DNA from: Coraliomargaritaceae bacterium
GTDB lineage: Bacteria; Verrucomicrobiota; Verrucomicrobiia; Opitutales; Coraliomargaritaceae
Assembly: GCA_965656495.1 (NCBI GenBank)
Contig: CBFHKU010000002.1
Location: 169,161 to 233,160, forward strand
Length of the DNA: 64,000 nucleotides
Direction of reading: 5' to 3'
The notes beneath the pieces are model-generated. The model did no database searches, had not been told where the DNA came from, and was given only the letters and a program-made list of their open reading frames with translations. The stretch's first letter is position 1. Each line of letters begins with the position of its first letter. This document shows, one piece after another, positions 29,178 through 39,779 of the stretch. The position numbers and the translations under genes were made by a program.

Positions 29178-29423
29178 GCCCTTCTTCGCTTCGCTCCGTC
29201 AAACCTGCTTCGCAGATTCTCATCTCTGGCACCCAACGACAAAAAAGCCCCCACTTTCGTGGAGGCTTTTTTGGTCGGGGTGACAGGATTGCTACGCCAT
29301 CTCGCTTCGCTCGTCGAACCTTTAGGTGCGGCTTTCGCCGCATCGCCGCTGCGCGGCTCCTTTCGAATCCTGTCACCCCGGACGGACGCAAAAAAACCTC
29401 CATGGGAGAATGGAGGTTTATTT
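29178..29423 (-). repeat. tRNA-linked repeat units downstream of tRNA-Pro (terminator, antisense T-arm/acceptor copy, GGTTCGAC/GAGCGAAGCGA motifs, tRNA 3' copy)
   Basis: Terminators at 29390-29423 and 29241-29271. Antisense tRNA copy TTCGAATCCTGTCACCCCG at 29362-29380. Sense 3' copy at 29272-29290. Confidence 0.8.
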
Positions 29424-29500
<77 letters not shown>

Positions 29501-29555
29501 TTCCAAAGCCGCGTACGTTCAAGGTTTTGCGCGCAAGTGTCAATCCTGATTCCAC

Positions 29556-30320
29556 TTAGGCGGGTATTAAATGTGCTTTCATCTCCCGCACGGCGGGTTC
29601 GATTCCAACAGTGAGGGCGCGGCTGATGATGGAATGCCCGATGTTGAGTTCGTGCAGGTGGGGTATGCTGAGAATTTCGGGGATGTTGGTGTAATTGATG
29701 CCGTGACCGGCATTGACGACGAGCCCGAGGGCATGGGCTTGTTCGGCGGCGCGGACTAATTCTGCGAGGGTTTCGGCACGGCCTTCGTGATAGTAGGCAT
29801 TGGCATAAGCTCCGGTGTGCAATTCAATCCATGGACTCTTCAAGGCTGCCGCCATCTCAATTTGCGCGGGGTGCGGGTCAATAAAAAGACTGGTTGCGAT
29901 CCCGGCTTCGCTCATGGCGGCGACCACTTCGCCGACGCGCTGGCTTTGTCCCACAATATCGAGGCCCCCCTCGGTGGTGATCTCTTCGCGGCTCTCGGGC
30001 ACGAGGCATACGGAGTCCGGCTTGAGCCGCAGGGCGTAATCAATCATTTCCTGCGTGCAGGCCATCTCCAGATTGAGACGGGTGCGGATGAGGGCGCGGG
30101 CGCGTTCGACGTCGGAGTCCTGCACGTGGCGGCGGTCCTCGCGCAAATGCATGGTGATGCCGTCGGCGCCCGCCTGTTCACAGAGGAGGGCAAAGGCGAC
30201 AGGATCGGGCTCGACTTCGTCACCGTGATCGAGCGGGTGCGCGCGGTAACGCGCCTGCCGCACGGTTGCGCAATGGTCGACGTTGACGCCGAGTAGGATT
30301 TTATCCTGCGTTGAACTCAT
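29556..30320 (-). CDS. pdxJ: Pyridoxine 5'-phosphate synthase
   Basis: LGVNVDHCATVRQAR, ITMHLREDRRH, NLEMA, TTEGGLD, ELHTG, NAGHG, ELNIGHSI. Confidence 0.96.
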   Translation of the reverse strand: MSSTQDKILLGVNVDHCATVRQARYRAHPLDHGDEVEPDPVAFALLCEQAGADGITMHLREDRRHVQDSDVERARALIRTRLNLEMACTQEMIDYALRLKPDSVCLVPESREEITTEGGLDIVGQSQRVGEVVAAMSEAGIATSLFIDPHPAQIEMAAALKSPWIELHTGAYANAYYHEGRAETLAELVRAAEQAHALGLVVNAGHGINYTNIPEILSIPHLHELNIGHSIISRALTVGIEPAVREMKAHLIPA

Positions 30321-30368
30321 TGTGACAAGCTAGCGGGCATCCCAAAGACATCAAGACCAAGGGGCCGT

Positions 30369-31904
30369 TTATTCAGCTGGAGCAGCACTGGGCGCCTGGC
30401 CGAGGGTGCCGTCGTCGGTGCGGAAGGGAGTCACGGGGAGGCCGTTGCGATCAAAGAGATTGAGAACGGGGTTCTCCGCCCAACCGTACCGCACCGCAAC
30501 CGGTTCCGCGATCTCAGGGCTTGAAACCACCACCTGATTTTTGCCCTCGATACGAGCCTTTCCCCAGCGAAAGACGCCATCGCTTCCGGCAATGGCGAAG
30601 CCTTTGACTTCAGCTACATCAAATGCGTAAAGACCGCCAGCGCTGACGTGATCGAAGGTGACTATTGCCTCGCCATTCTCGATGCGCATCCCGGAAAAGC
30701 GCGGGCTTTCCGAGGAAATGTTGTAGCCATAATCCTTGGCGAGGGCATGGCGTGCAAGGCGGTCGCCCACCGTGCGCTTGTTGCGGGGGTGGATATCGCG
30801 ACCTTCGCCAATATCAATAATGACGGCTTGTCCGGTATTGGGAAGCGCGAGGGTGTTGGTTTGGGCTTCGCGCAATTCCGCCCACGATGAGTTCTGCTGG
30901 GGTTCGGCTTGCTCCCCTCTGAAGTCTGCGAGTTGCACCCAGTAGAAGGGGAAGTCGCCTTGCTTCCAATGATCCCGCCAAGTGGAAATCATGAGCGGAA
31001 AGAGCTGGTTGTAGGCCGCGGCGCGACCGGCGTTGCTCTCGCCTTGATACCAAATCGCTCCGCGGATTCCGTAGCCGATGATGGGATGCAAGACTCCGTT
31101 ATATAAATTGGCGGGGCGATGCTGTCCGGTGCGGATATCATTGACCCTGGGAGCGCGACCTTTGCGTCCATTGGCTTTCCATTCCTCAAAAAGAGCGACC
31201 TTTTTGGCATGCACTGCGTCGGTGTAAGCTGCGATCTTGGCATCCCACTCAGCGAGATAAGCATCGGAGTGACCGTCCGCCTCAAGGACATCGCGGGGCA
31301 CCCAGGCCTCCGCGGCGGATCCGCCCCAGGCGTTATCAATCAGCCCAATTGTTACTCCAAGCGCCTGCTTCAAGCGTTGCCCAAAGTGGTAACCCACTGC
31401 CGAAAATTCCGCGGCTACCGCGGGGCTTGCGTGCTCCCATTGGCCCTTGAAATCATCCTGCGGAATCTGGGTGCCAACCTGTGGAACGGAAATCATGCGG
31501 ATCATAGGCTCATCCGCGAGCGGGATTTCCAAATCGCCACCATCGCTATTACTCAAAGTCCATTGCATATTGGACTGACCCGAGCAGACCCAAACCTCCC
31601 CGATCATAACGTCCTCAAAACGCAGTAGGTTGTCGGCCTGCACTTCCAACACGTGCGGACCACCGGCAGGCATGGCGCGGAGCTTGATTTCCCACCGACC
31701 CTCGGGACCGGCGTAAGTCGCGTGGCTTTGGCCATTGATTTTGACGATGATTCGCTCGCCGGGATTCGCCTTGCCCCAAACCGGATTGAGCTGCTCGCGT
31801 TGCAACACCATGTGGTCGCCAAATATATTAGGCATTTGGACCTCCGCAAAAAGCAGATTTGCCACGAAAAGAATAATGCAGGAATGAAGAATTGGGGATT
31901 TCAT
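30369..31904 (-). CDS. Sialate O-acetylesterase-family carbohydrate esterase, secreted
   Basis: FGDHMVLQR, GEVWVCSGQSNM, WGGS, IWYQGESN, DIHPRNK, AVRYGW. Confidence 0.9.
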   Translation of the reverse strand: MKSPILHSCIILFVANLLFAEVQMPNIFGDHMVLQREQLNPVWGKANPGERIIVKINGQSHATYAGPEGRWEIKLRAMPAGGPHVLEVQADNLLRFEDVMIGEVWVCSGQSNMQWTLSNSDGGDLEIPLADEPMIRMISVPQVGTQIPQDDFKGQWEHASPAVAAEFSAVGYHFGQRLKQALGVTIGLIDNAWGGSAAEAWVPRDVLEADGHSDAYLAEWDAKIAAYTDAVHAKKVALFEEWKANGRKGRAPRVNDIRTGQHRPANLYNGVLHPIIGYGIRGAIWYQGESNAGRAAAYNQLFPLMISTWRDHWKQGDFPFYWVQLADFRGEQAEPQQNSSWAELREAQTNTLALPNTGQAVIIDIGEGRDIHPRNKRTVGDRLARHALAKDYGYNISSESPRFSGMRIENGEAIVTFDHVSAGGLYAFDVAEVKGFAIAGSDGVFRWGKARIEGKNQVVVSSPEIAEPVAVRYGWAENPVLNLFDRNGLPVTPFRTDDGTLGQAPSAAPAE

Positions 31905-32067
31905 AATTTGTGGGGTGCTTTGGTTGATATTAGAATGAAACTCTTACCGTTAAGCGACGATGAATAAAGAAGAAACCGTCAAAGGCTCTGACGGTGGCTT
32001 TAGTGAAATCGCTAAAGTTGACGCCATTAATCGAACTGTATACAAATCTTCCATGAAACAATCCCCA

Positions 32068-32871
32068 ATGAATCGGCCTTTTCTGTATAGCGCATTGCTG
32101 ATGCTTTGCATGACATACCCAGCATTTGCGGTCGATATCCTCGTAAAAGCCTCCGCACGCGAGGACTATATTCGACCGGTCGACGAGGCGGGCAATGCCA
32201 AGAGCGAGACTTATACCTTTTTAAAGGGCAAATACTACCCCTATGAATACGAAGACCCGGAGGATGAGATTCAGTTTGAGGAAGTCGCCTACGCCCTCAA
32301 AAAGGAACTGACCGCCAAGAACTACGTGATGTCTGAGGATCCCATGAAAGCGGATTTCATCCTGGTGGTTCACTGGGGACAGACCAACTCAAACCCCGAT
32401 GTTGAATACTTTGACCTCGCGGTCGACGCCGAGGATCCCTTTGACCCAATGGCAGAACTGGATGCCTACGAAGCCGATAAACAAGCACGTGAAAATGCGA
32501 AAATTATCGGAGCCACCGCCATGTACGACATGCATGTTTATTCGCTTAAACGCCAGCAACTCGAAGAGGCCGCCCGCCATGACCGTTATTTCGTGAATGT
32601 GATGGCGCTCTCTATCGAAGAAATCCGTAATCGCACCGACATGGAAGTCATGCCTCGCCCGCTTTGGACGCTCCAACTGAGCCTGCCCACCGGGCGCGCT
32701 GAACCCACCGAAGCCTTTGGAACCCTCGCCAAAACCGCCGGACGTTATTCCGGTGAAAATCTCCTCAATGCCGACTTTATCCGCGAGAAGGAAAAACAGG
32801 GCATCGTGCGTATCGGCAAACTCGAATTTATCGAGACGATTGATACCGTCGACGAGAAGCCTGAAGAATAA
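32068..32871 (+). CDS. Hypothetical secreted protein
   Basis: Long ORF with a signal peptide starting MNRPFLYS (start uncertain: 31960, 32053 or 32068) and ADFILVVHWG motif. Function unknown. Confidence 0.7.
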   Translation: MNRPFLYSALLMLCMTYPAFAVDILVKASAREDYIRPVDEAGNAKSETYTFLKGKYYPYEYEDPEDEIQFEEVAYALKKELTAKNYVMSEDPMKADFILVVHWGQTNSNPDVEYFDLAVDAEDPFDPMAELDAYEADKQARENAKIIGATAMYDMHVYSLKRQQLEEAARHDRYFVNVMALSIEEIRNRTDMEVMPRPLWTLQLSLPTGRAEPTEAFGTLAKTAGRYSGENLLNADFIREKEKQGIVRIGKLEFIETIDTVDEKPEE

Positions 32872-32879
32872 AGACCGCC

Positions 32880-34601
32880 CTACTCTGCTAGACGCCAGTC
32901 GAGGAGGGTCACTTGGGGTGTCCGCGAGTTTCGCCAGTAGTTCCACCCGAAGCGCAAAGCCAAATCCACTGGCTCTCCGACCAGCGGCATTGAATCCATC
33001 TGCCATGCCACGCCGACGAGTCCCTTTCCTTCACCGGCTGGCGCCGGTAGTTCAAAACGATAATTGCCCCCGCCCCTGGCAAACGCCTGCGGTGCTTTCT
33101 CCAGCACAATACTGCGCAATCCAAATACCGGTTGACGGTTCTCCTGACCAAAAGGCTGCAGGCGATCCAAGGATTCCAGAAGGCTCGCATTCAAATCACC
33201 CGCTTCGAGCCAAGCCGAGAGCTCCAGTTCCGGTTCCGGCAGACCCTCCGGGCAGATCCCTGCCAGCGCCTCCATAAAACGCTCGCGGAAGGCCTCAATC
33301 GCCGACTCGGGCAGAGAAATCCCCGCCGCCATTGGATGGCCACCCCAATGCTCCAACAAATCATCGCATTGCTGAAAAACTTGCACCAGGTCAACGCCCG
33401 CCACGCTGCGACCCGAGCCTTTCGCCATACTACCCTCGCGACCCAAGACAACACAGGGCTTGTGAAAACGGCGACTCACCCGGCTCGCGACAATACCGAC
33501 TACCCCCGGATGCCAATCCTTGTCGTATAAAATAATTCCCGGCGCATCTGCATAATGAGCCTCCACATGCGCGGCAGCTTCCCCCGCAATTTTGCGTTCG
33601 ATTACCTGCCGTTCGCGATTGGTCGCTTCCAGTTCCTGCGCGATGCCACCGCATGCCTTCTCATCGGAACTCAAGAGCATCTCAATCGGTTTACTCGCAT
33701 CGGCAAGACGCCCGCTGGCGTTGATGCGAGGTGCCAGTTTAAAGGAAATATCGGTACTTTCCAGCGGTTGGTTGGTCGCCAGCCCGCTCACTTGACAAAG
33801 CGCCCGAATGCCAACCCGTCGGTTTGCGCGCAAATGCTGCAAACCATACCAGGCTAAAATACGATTCTCATCCTGTAGGGGTACCAAATCCGCGATCGTA
33901 CCCATCGCCACCAAATCGAGATAATCCCTTAAATGCAGGGACTCTACCCGTTCATCCTCTGCCTCACGCCGCCGCTTTAAAATTCCGTGCAAAAGTTTAA
34001 AGACGAGACCGGCGGTACACAGATTGCGCCAGGGCGCCCCGGCTTTGTCATGCACATGCGGATTCACGAGAATGCAATCTTCCGGCACCCCCTCCTTTGC
34101 CTGATGATGGTCCACAATGATTACATCCGCGCCCAGTTTGCGCAAATACGAGACCGCCTCGTGTGCATTCGTCCCGCAATCCAGCGCAATAAATAGGTCC
34201 GGCACCGAGCCGTCCAGCACCCGGTCAATCGCTTCGTGGCTCATGCCATAACCTTCCTCCAAGCGCAGGGGCACGGAAAAACGAGGCTCCATGCCCAGCG
34301 AGCGCAGAAGACTGACGAGTTGCACGGTGCTCGTTACCCCATCCACATCATAGTCTCCAAAAACAACCACCGATTCACCACCCTCCAGCGCCCGCTCAAT
34401 CCGATCCACCGCAGCCTCAAGATTCGTTAGCGCAAAGGGATCCTCAAGGCTTGAAAGTTGCGGCCGCAAGAAACGTTCCGCCGCAGCGACCGTCTCAATC
34501 CCGCGTTCCACCAACAATTCCGCAATCACCCGATTCAGCCCAAGCCCCTGCTCAAGTTCTTTGACCACCGTTGGGTCACATTCATTGGTAGTCCAGTTCA
34601 T
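32880..34601 (-). CDS. recJ: ssDNA-specific exonuclease RecJ
   Basis: GDYDVDG, DCG, DHH, GTIADLVPL, PRINASGR, GSGRS, GGHPMAAG, PFGQEN. Start placed at MNWTT. Confidence 0.95.
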   Translation of the reverse strand: MNWTTNECDPTVVKELEQGLGLNRVIAELLVERGIETVAAAERFLRPQLSSLEDPFALTNLEAAVDRIERALEGGESVVVFGDYDVDGVTSTVQLVSLLRSLGMEPRFSVPLRLEEGYGMSHEAIDRVLDGSVPDLFIALDCGTNAHEAVSYLRKLGADVIIVDHHQAKEGVPEDCILVNPHVHDKAGAPWRNLCTAGLVFKLLHGILKRRREAEDERVESLHLRDYLDLVAMGTIADLVPLQDENRILAWYGLQHLRANRRVGIRALCQVSGLATNQPLESTDISFKLAPRINASGRLADASKPIEMLLSSDEKACGGIAQELEATNRERQVIERKIAGEAAAHVEAHYADAPGIILYDKDWHPGVVGIVASRVSRRFHKPCVVLGREGSMAKGSGRSVAGVDLVQVFQQCDDLLEHWGGHPMAAGISLPESAIEAFRERFMEALAGICPEGLPEPELELSAWLEAGDLNASLLESLDRLQPFGQENRQPVFGLRSIVLEKAPQAFARGGGNYRFELPAPAGEGKGLVGVAWQMDSMPLVGEPVDLALRFGWNYWRNSRTPQVTLLDWRLAE

Positions 34602-34723
34602 GGTTTGGGATATCGCTCGCCTCAAGCGCAAAGTATCACAGTAGCCAAAATCTATGAATCGCCGCAAGACCAAACATCCAAATCACCGCCAGCGAACCGG
34701 CTACGTGCTGAAGTAACGCTAAA

Positions 34724-37264
34724 CTAGGACTCTTTGCTTTGCCATTCGTAGGTCTTGGGAGTCAACTCCCGCTCCTCTACATGTCGGCGATCGCCTTTGT
34801 GCCACCAGTAGAAAACCGGACTCGCGATAAAAATCGAAGAGAAGGTTCCCGTTAGAATACCAACGATAAAGACGAAGGCGAAATCATTGATGACCCCCGC
34901 TCCAAAAACATAGAGCGAGACCGCCGCCAACAAAGTGGTCACACTGGTCAGGATTGAGCGCGAGAAAACGCGGTTGATTGCGGTCACAATAATCGCCCGT
35001 AAATTCGTGCCGGGGTTCAATTCCAGTTCCTCCCGAATGCGGTCAAAGACCACAATGGTATCATTAATCGAATAACCCACAATCATCAGAATCGCCGCCA
35101 GCATGGGAGCGGTAAATTGACCACTGACGAATATGCCAAGGGCTCCAAATAAAACAAAAATCCCGACCGTCATGAGCACGTCGTGCACCGTCGCAACAAC
35201 CGCTCCGATGCCGTAACCCATCTCGAAACGCAGCGCCACGTAGAGCAAAATACCGCCCAGTGCCGCAATCACCGACCAAATCGCATTCCATTGAATGCTG
35301 CTCGAAACCGAGGCCCCGATTTGCGTGATCGCTTCTTCCTCAAGCCCCGCATCGGGGAAGGCATTTTGCAAACCTTCCAGCACAGCACGGCTTTGGTCAA
35401 AACGTGTCTGGATCTTCAGCACTTCTCGCTCTTCCCCGATTAAAGTCTGGTACACCGGATTGACTTCACCCAAGCCCAATTGCTCTGCAGCGGCGTCCAG
35501 TTCACCCCCTTCGATCTTCTCCTCAAAGGCAATCGTCATTTCGTCACCACCGGTAAAGTCGATACCCATGATATTGTCATGATGCATCACCACGCTCACA
35601 ATCCCTGCCAGCACCAGTGTCCAGGACGCCAAAAAGGCGGGACGGCGGTATTTCAAGAAGTCGATCTTCATTTCACCCAAAAGCTTCAAGCCGAGCACCT
35701 GCTTGACGCCGGCGCGGTGAATCAGGAAATCGATCAGGAAGCGCGTAACGACCAGAGCACAGAAAATTGAGGCGCAAATACCGATTGCGAGGGTATATCC
35801 GAAGCCCTTGACCGGCCCCGTGCCGAGCCAGATCAAAATCGTAGCGGTTATCAAGGTTGTTACGTTGGCGTCCACAATCGTGGAAGTCACTTTCTGGAAC
35901 GCTCCCGCCGCGGCATTTTTAATCGATTTGCCGAGCTTTAACTCCTCTCGCAAACGCTCAAAGATCAAAATATTGGCATCGACCCCCATACCCAGCGTCA
36001 GCACCAGCGCCGCCACACCCGGCAGGGTCAAGGTCGCCCCCAGACTCGAAAGCACACCCAGGACAATCACCACGTTTACCAGCGCTGAAAGCACTGCCAC
36101 AAATCCCCCGATGAAATAATAGAGGATCATGAACGCCACCACCAGGAGCGCACCCCATTTAACCGCATTCATGGAGCTGTCACGCGCACCCGCCGCCATT
36201 GATGGACCGACTTCATACATCTCATCGACCCGCAACTCCACTGCGAGCGGGTTATTCAAAACATTGGCGAGGTCAAAGGCTTCACGCTGCGAGAAACCAC
36301 CGGTGATTTGCGCATTCCGCGAGAGCACCGAATTCACGACCGGGGCAGAATACAACTTCCCGTCCAGCACGATCGCGAGGGGTTTGCCCACCATTTTCTC
36401 GGTCACTGCACGCAAAATCTTGGAACCCTCACCCGTCATGACAAGGTTCACCTCAAACGATCCGGTGGTGGATTGCGCCGCAAAGGCATCCTCCACTATT
36501 TCTCCGGTGGCCTCCGGTATGCGTTTCACAAAAATCCGGCGTTCCGTGATCTCGCCCGTCATGCGATCCTCCCGCTCTTCTGCCAGTACTTCATAACCCA
36601 CCGGGTAATCCTTTAATGCAGTGGTGTATGGATCCAGAGTTTCATGCACCGCGCGAAATTCCAAACGAGCGGGCTTCTTGATAACATCGATGATCTCGGG
36701 GTTCTGCTTGGTCGAGGCGCCCGGCATCTGGATTTCGATAGCATCCTTGCCGCGCGGACGAATTACCGGTTCCGCCACGCCGGAGCCATCCAAGCGGTCC
36801 GCCATAATTTCAATCGCATCTTCCAATTGCTCCGCCTGCTCGTAATTGCTCAGCTCGCTTTGCGCTGATTCGTCGATTTTCATCGTCACACCCACGCCGC
36901 CCTTTAGGTCCAGACCCAAACGCAACTGGCTCTGCGCGCTGCTCAATAAATGCTTCAGGAGTACATCGTTCCGTTTATTACGGTTCGCGATGTCGCGCAC
37001 TTCAATCTCCGGAAAAAATGCCGCGTAGTCGATTTCCTCATCAACCCCAAGTTCACGCAACGCCACAAACAAGGACTTCGATTCCCCCGATGCAACCCGC
37101 GACTCCGCCCGTGACATCAATCCATCAAAGGCGTCCAGCTCCGCAGTCGCTTGATCCCGGATGAAATCCTCAAAGGGCCGATCCTGCAAAGGGGTGATGC
37201 TGATAACACACCACCATAGGATGAGGGCAGTTAAACTGAATTTCCAAAGAATATTACCGGACAT
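34724..37264 (-). CDS. secDF: Fused protein translocase subunit SecDF
   Basis: LGLDLKGG, GMGVDANILIFERLREE, GIDFTGG, GYSINDTIVVFDRIRE. Confidence 0.95.
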   Translation of the reverse strand: MSGNILWKFSLTALILWWCVISITPLQDRPFEDFIRDQATAELDAFDGLMSRAESRVASGESKSLFVALRELGVDEEIDYAAFFPEIEVRDIANRNKRNDVLLKHLLSSAQSQLRLGLDLKGGVGVTMKIDESAQSELSNYEQAEQLEDAIEIMADRLDGSGVAEPVIRPRGKDAIEIQMPGASTKQNPEIIDVIKKPARLEFRAVHETLDPYTTALKDYPVGYEVLAEEREDRMTGEITERRIFVKRIPEATGEIVEDAFAAQSTTGSFEVNLVMTGEGSKILRAVTEKMVGKPLAIVLDGKLYSAPVVNSVLSRNAQITGGFSQREAFDLANVLNNPLAVELRVDEMYEVGPSMAAGARDSSMNAVKWGALLVVAFMILYYFIGGFVAVLSALVNVVIVLGVLSSLGATLTLPGVAALVLTLGMGVDANILIFERLREELKLGKSIKNAAAGAFQKVTSTIVDANVTTLITATILIWLGTGPVKGFGYTLAIGICASIFCALVVTRFLIDFLIHRAGVKQVLGLKLLGEMKIDFLKYRRPAFLASWTLVLAGIVSVVMHHDNIMGIDFTGGDEMTIAFEEKIEGGELDAAAEQLGLGEVNPVYQTLIGEEREVLKIQTRFDQSRAVLEGLQNAFPDAGLEEEAITQIGASVSSSIQWNAIWSVIAALGGILLYVALRFEMGYGIGAVVATVHDVLMTVGIFVLFGALGIFVSGQFTAPMLAAILMIVGYSINDTIVVFDRIREELELNPGTNLRAIIVTAINRVFSRSILTSVTTLLAAVSLYVFGAGVINDFAFVFIVGILTGTFSSIFIASPVFYWWHKGDRRHVEERELTPKTYEWQSKES

Positions 37265-37308
37265 GGTCGAGGCCTGCTTGAGGTTGTTAATGCTGCGTTA
37301 GAAAAATA

Positions 37309-37635
37309 CTACTCGGCGCTATCGCCGGAACTGACGCGACTGCCGACTGATTGCTTGGTGAGCTCGATCTTCACGTTATCCGCGATCCGCAGCACGAAGC
37401 TGTTCTCTTTAACATTGGTAATGGTACCGTGAATACCACCGCTCGTGATAATCGCGTCCCCGCTTTTAAGCTCGGTAATCATTTTATCGTGCGCCTTTTG
37501 GCGTTTGCGCTGTGGCGCGATGATCAGGAACCACATACCCGCAAAAAGCAGGATCAAGGGAAGAAACTGAGCAATACCGGCACCCGATGCAGCTTGTGCC
37601 AGCGGAAGGAAATTTGAAAAGGAATAATCTATCAT
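37309..37635 (-). CDS. yajC: Preprotein translocase subunit YajC
   Basis: TM followed by IAPQRKRQK and GDAIITSGGIHG. Lies upstream of secDF. Confidence 0.95.
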   Translation of the reverse strand: MIDYSFSNFLPLAQAASGAGIAQFLPLILLFAGMWFLIIAPQRKRQKAHDKMITELKSGDAIITSGGIHGTITNVKENSFVLRIADNVKIELTKQSVGSRVSSGDSAE

Positions 37636-37709
37636 TTGCTTAAGGGTTGAAAAGCGGAAGATGCAAGATCACTCCCCCGCAAATGGCAAGCCTTCAAACC
37701 ACTTGCATA

Positions 37710-38588
37710 TTAAAGGCTCATTCCCAGCGCCAGGAGGATTCCATAAAGCGCCACAACCCGACCCGCATTACCCAATGCCACCCCAAAAGCAGCGCGACCC
37801 GAGGTTCTGCGCAGACCCCTGCTCAAAATAAAACTCCAGCCGCAGGGCAGCAATGCCAGCAGGACACCCACCCCATAACCCCGCAACCACAGCCAAACCA
37901 CCACCGATGCCGCCAACGATGCCGAAAAATAAGCGAGCATCCGCCCAAAATCGCGTCCAAAGCGTACCAATAAAGTCCGTTTTCCCGCCGCCCGATCCGC
38001 CTCTAAGTCGCGGTAATTATTCACCACCAAGATATTATTGGTCAAAAAACCCGAACCCAGCCCCAGGAGAAGGGCATCCCACGAAACCCCTCCCGCCTGC
38101 ACATAGTAGGTGCAAAGCACCGCCACGATCCCAAAGAAGAAAACCACCGCGACATCGCCCCAACCGTGGTAGGCGAGCGGATAAGGCCCACCGGTGTAAC
38201 ACCAGGCGGCAGTCACACACACAAGCCCCACCACCAGCAACCACCAACCGCCATAGGCAATTAAAGCCAGACCCAGCAAAAACGCCGCTCCCAGTGTCAA
38301 CAACGCCGCCCGGCGCATCGCCTCCGGTGTTATCAGGCCCGCCCCCACCGCACGCTCCGGCCCCAGGCGCTCCGGCCCGTCCGTCCCGCGAATCCCATCG
38401 AGGTAATCATTCGCAAAATTCGACCCCACCTGCGCGAGGAGCGCGAATCCAAGGCATATCAAAGCCGCGCTTGGCAGCCAAAACCCGTCTGCCCCCGCCA
38501 ATGCCGTCCCCAGTAAAACCGGAGCCGCGCCCGCCGGCAGCGTTGCCGGGCGGATCGCTTGCAGCCAATGACCCATATTTCCCTTCAT
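37710..38588 (-). CDS. menA: 1,4-dihydroxy-2-naphthoate prenyltransferase
   Basis: IRPATL, NFANDYLD, YTGGPYPLAYHGWGD, NNYRD...GKRTL. Start 38576 or 38588. Confidence 0.9.
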   Translation of the reverse strand: MKGNMGHWLQAIRPATLPAGAAPVLLGTALAGADGFWLPSAALICLGFALLAQVGSNFANDYLDGIRGTDGPERLGPERAVGAGLITPEAMRRAALLTLGAAFLLGLALIAYGGWWLLVVGLVCVTAAWCYTGGPYPLAYHGWGDVAVVFFFGIVAVLCTYYVQAGGVSWDALLLGLGSGFLTNNILVVNNYRDLEADRAAGKRTLLVRFGRDFGRMLAYFSASLAASVVVWLWLRGYGVGVLLALLPCGWSFILSRGLRRTSGRAAFGVALGNAGRVVALYGILLALGMSL

Positions 38589-38650
38589 ACCGCAAATAGA
38601 AGCCGGCACGCGCCGTCCCGCAAACACTTTCACGATTTCACGGCCCGTCC

Positions 38651-39352
38651 TCAGTCCTGACTGAACTTCATCGAAAAAGTATGCGACTGCCCGGTCGGTG
38701 TAGGCCCGGCGTTGATCACGGAGCGCAAGGCGGCAAGCACCGAGGCGTCGAAGGCGGCGTTGCCCGATCCCGGTGAAAAACGTATCTGAGAAATATTCCC
38801 TGATGCCGAGACTTGGAAAATCGCCGTCAACTCCAGCGGGACGCCCCCCATGTTTGCCGGTTTTTTCCAGGCGGCATCGAGGCGCTGCCGCAGGCGGGCA
38901 TTGTAATTAGCCAAAGCGTTGATCTGTTGCGGACTCAGTTCACGGGAGGAAGTGCGCGCTTGCGGGGTCTCGGCATCCGGCACCTTCAAAGTCGGCACTG
39001 AAACCGGCGGGCGGACGGCGGGTTGAACGGGGCGCGGTTTTGGAAGCGGGTTCTGTTTTCGAAAATCGGAAATATTGATGATTTCGCGGGGCTTGGGCTT
39101 GGGCCTTGGCTGGGGCGCGGGCTTGACGGGCATCGGCTTCAAGTCAGGCAAATCAAGCTTTGGCGAATCCTGCACCGTGGGCCGATCCTGCACCACTTGC
39201 GATTCCGGCAGGCTGACCATCTCAAAGACATGCACCGATTTTTTTGGCCTGAAGAAATCCACCAACACAAAAAACACGAGCACCACCAAAGCCGCTGCGT
39301 GCAACACCAGCGAAGTCACAAAAGGCGAGTTTTTTGGAAGGCGAATGACCAT
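38651..39352 (-). CDS. TonB/TolA-family energy transducer
   Basis: TM with SLVLH, Pro-rich linker, C-terminal GSGNAAFDASV. Confidence 0.85.
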   Translation of the reverse strand: MVIRLPKNSPFVTSLVLHAAALVVLVFFVLVDFFRPKKSVHVFEMVSLPESQVVQDRPTVQDSPKLDLPDLKPMPVKPAPQPRPKPKPREIINISDFRKQNPLPKPRPVQPAVRPPVSVPTLKVPDAETPQARTSSRELSPQQINALANYNARLRQRLDAAWKKPANMGGVPLELTAIFQVSASGNISQIRFSPGSGNAAFDASVLAALRSVINAGPTPTGQSHTFSMKFSQD

Positions 39353-39353
39353 T

Positions 39354-39767
39354 CTAATCGACCTTGGTGTCGAGACTGATTTTTGAAAGTTTCCGTTGTT
39401 TGATCATGTCAATGACCGTGATGACCCGTTGATACGGCAAGCCTGCATCGGCACGAATACTCAAGACCGGCGGGTCAGACTGTTGCGCGAAGCTGTCCAA
39501 TAGATCCGCGAGTTGCGCGGGGCTGACCGACTGCTCACCCCAAAAATAACGACCCTGTTGGTCGATGCTCACGCTTTGAAAGTCCTCGCGCTCCACGGCC
39601 TGCGTGCTCGGCGATTCCACCGGCAGGTCGACTTCGATGGTCTGCTCCAGCAGCGGGGTTGTTATCATGAAGATAATAAGGAGCGCAAAAGCGAGGTCGA
39701 TGAGGGGCGTGACGTTAATCTCGGTTAAAGCCGAGAGGCGGTCTTTGCGATGGAATCGACGTGCCAT
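39354..39767 (-). CDS. ExbD/TolR family protein
   Basis: EINVTPLIDLAFALLIIFMITTP, IRAD. Confidence 0.92.
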   Translation of the reverse strand: MARRFHRKDRLSALTEINVTPLIDLAFALLIIFMITTPLLEQTIEVDLPVESPSTQAVEREDFQSVSIDQQGRYFWGEQSVSPAQLADLLDSFAQQSDPPVLSIRADAGLPYQRVITVIDMIKQRKLSKISLDTKVD

Positions 39768-39779
39768 GGGAAAGTGCTC

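Noticed and set aside
29272..29380. Second tRNA gene
   Set aside because: It has acceptor-like pairing and a CCA end but no canonical D arm or anticodon arm. Treated as a repeat unit.
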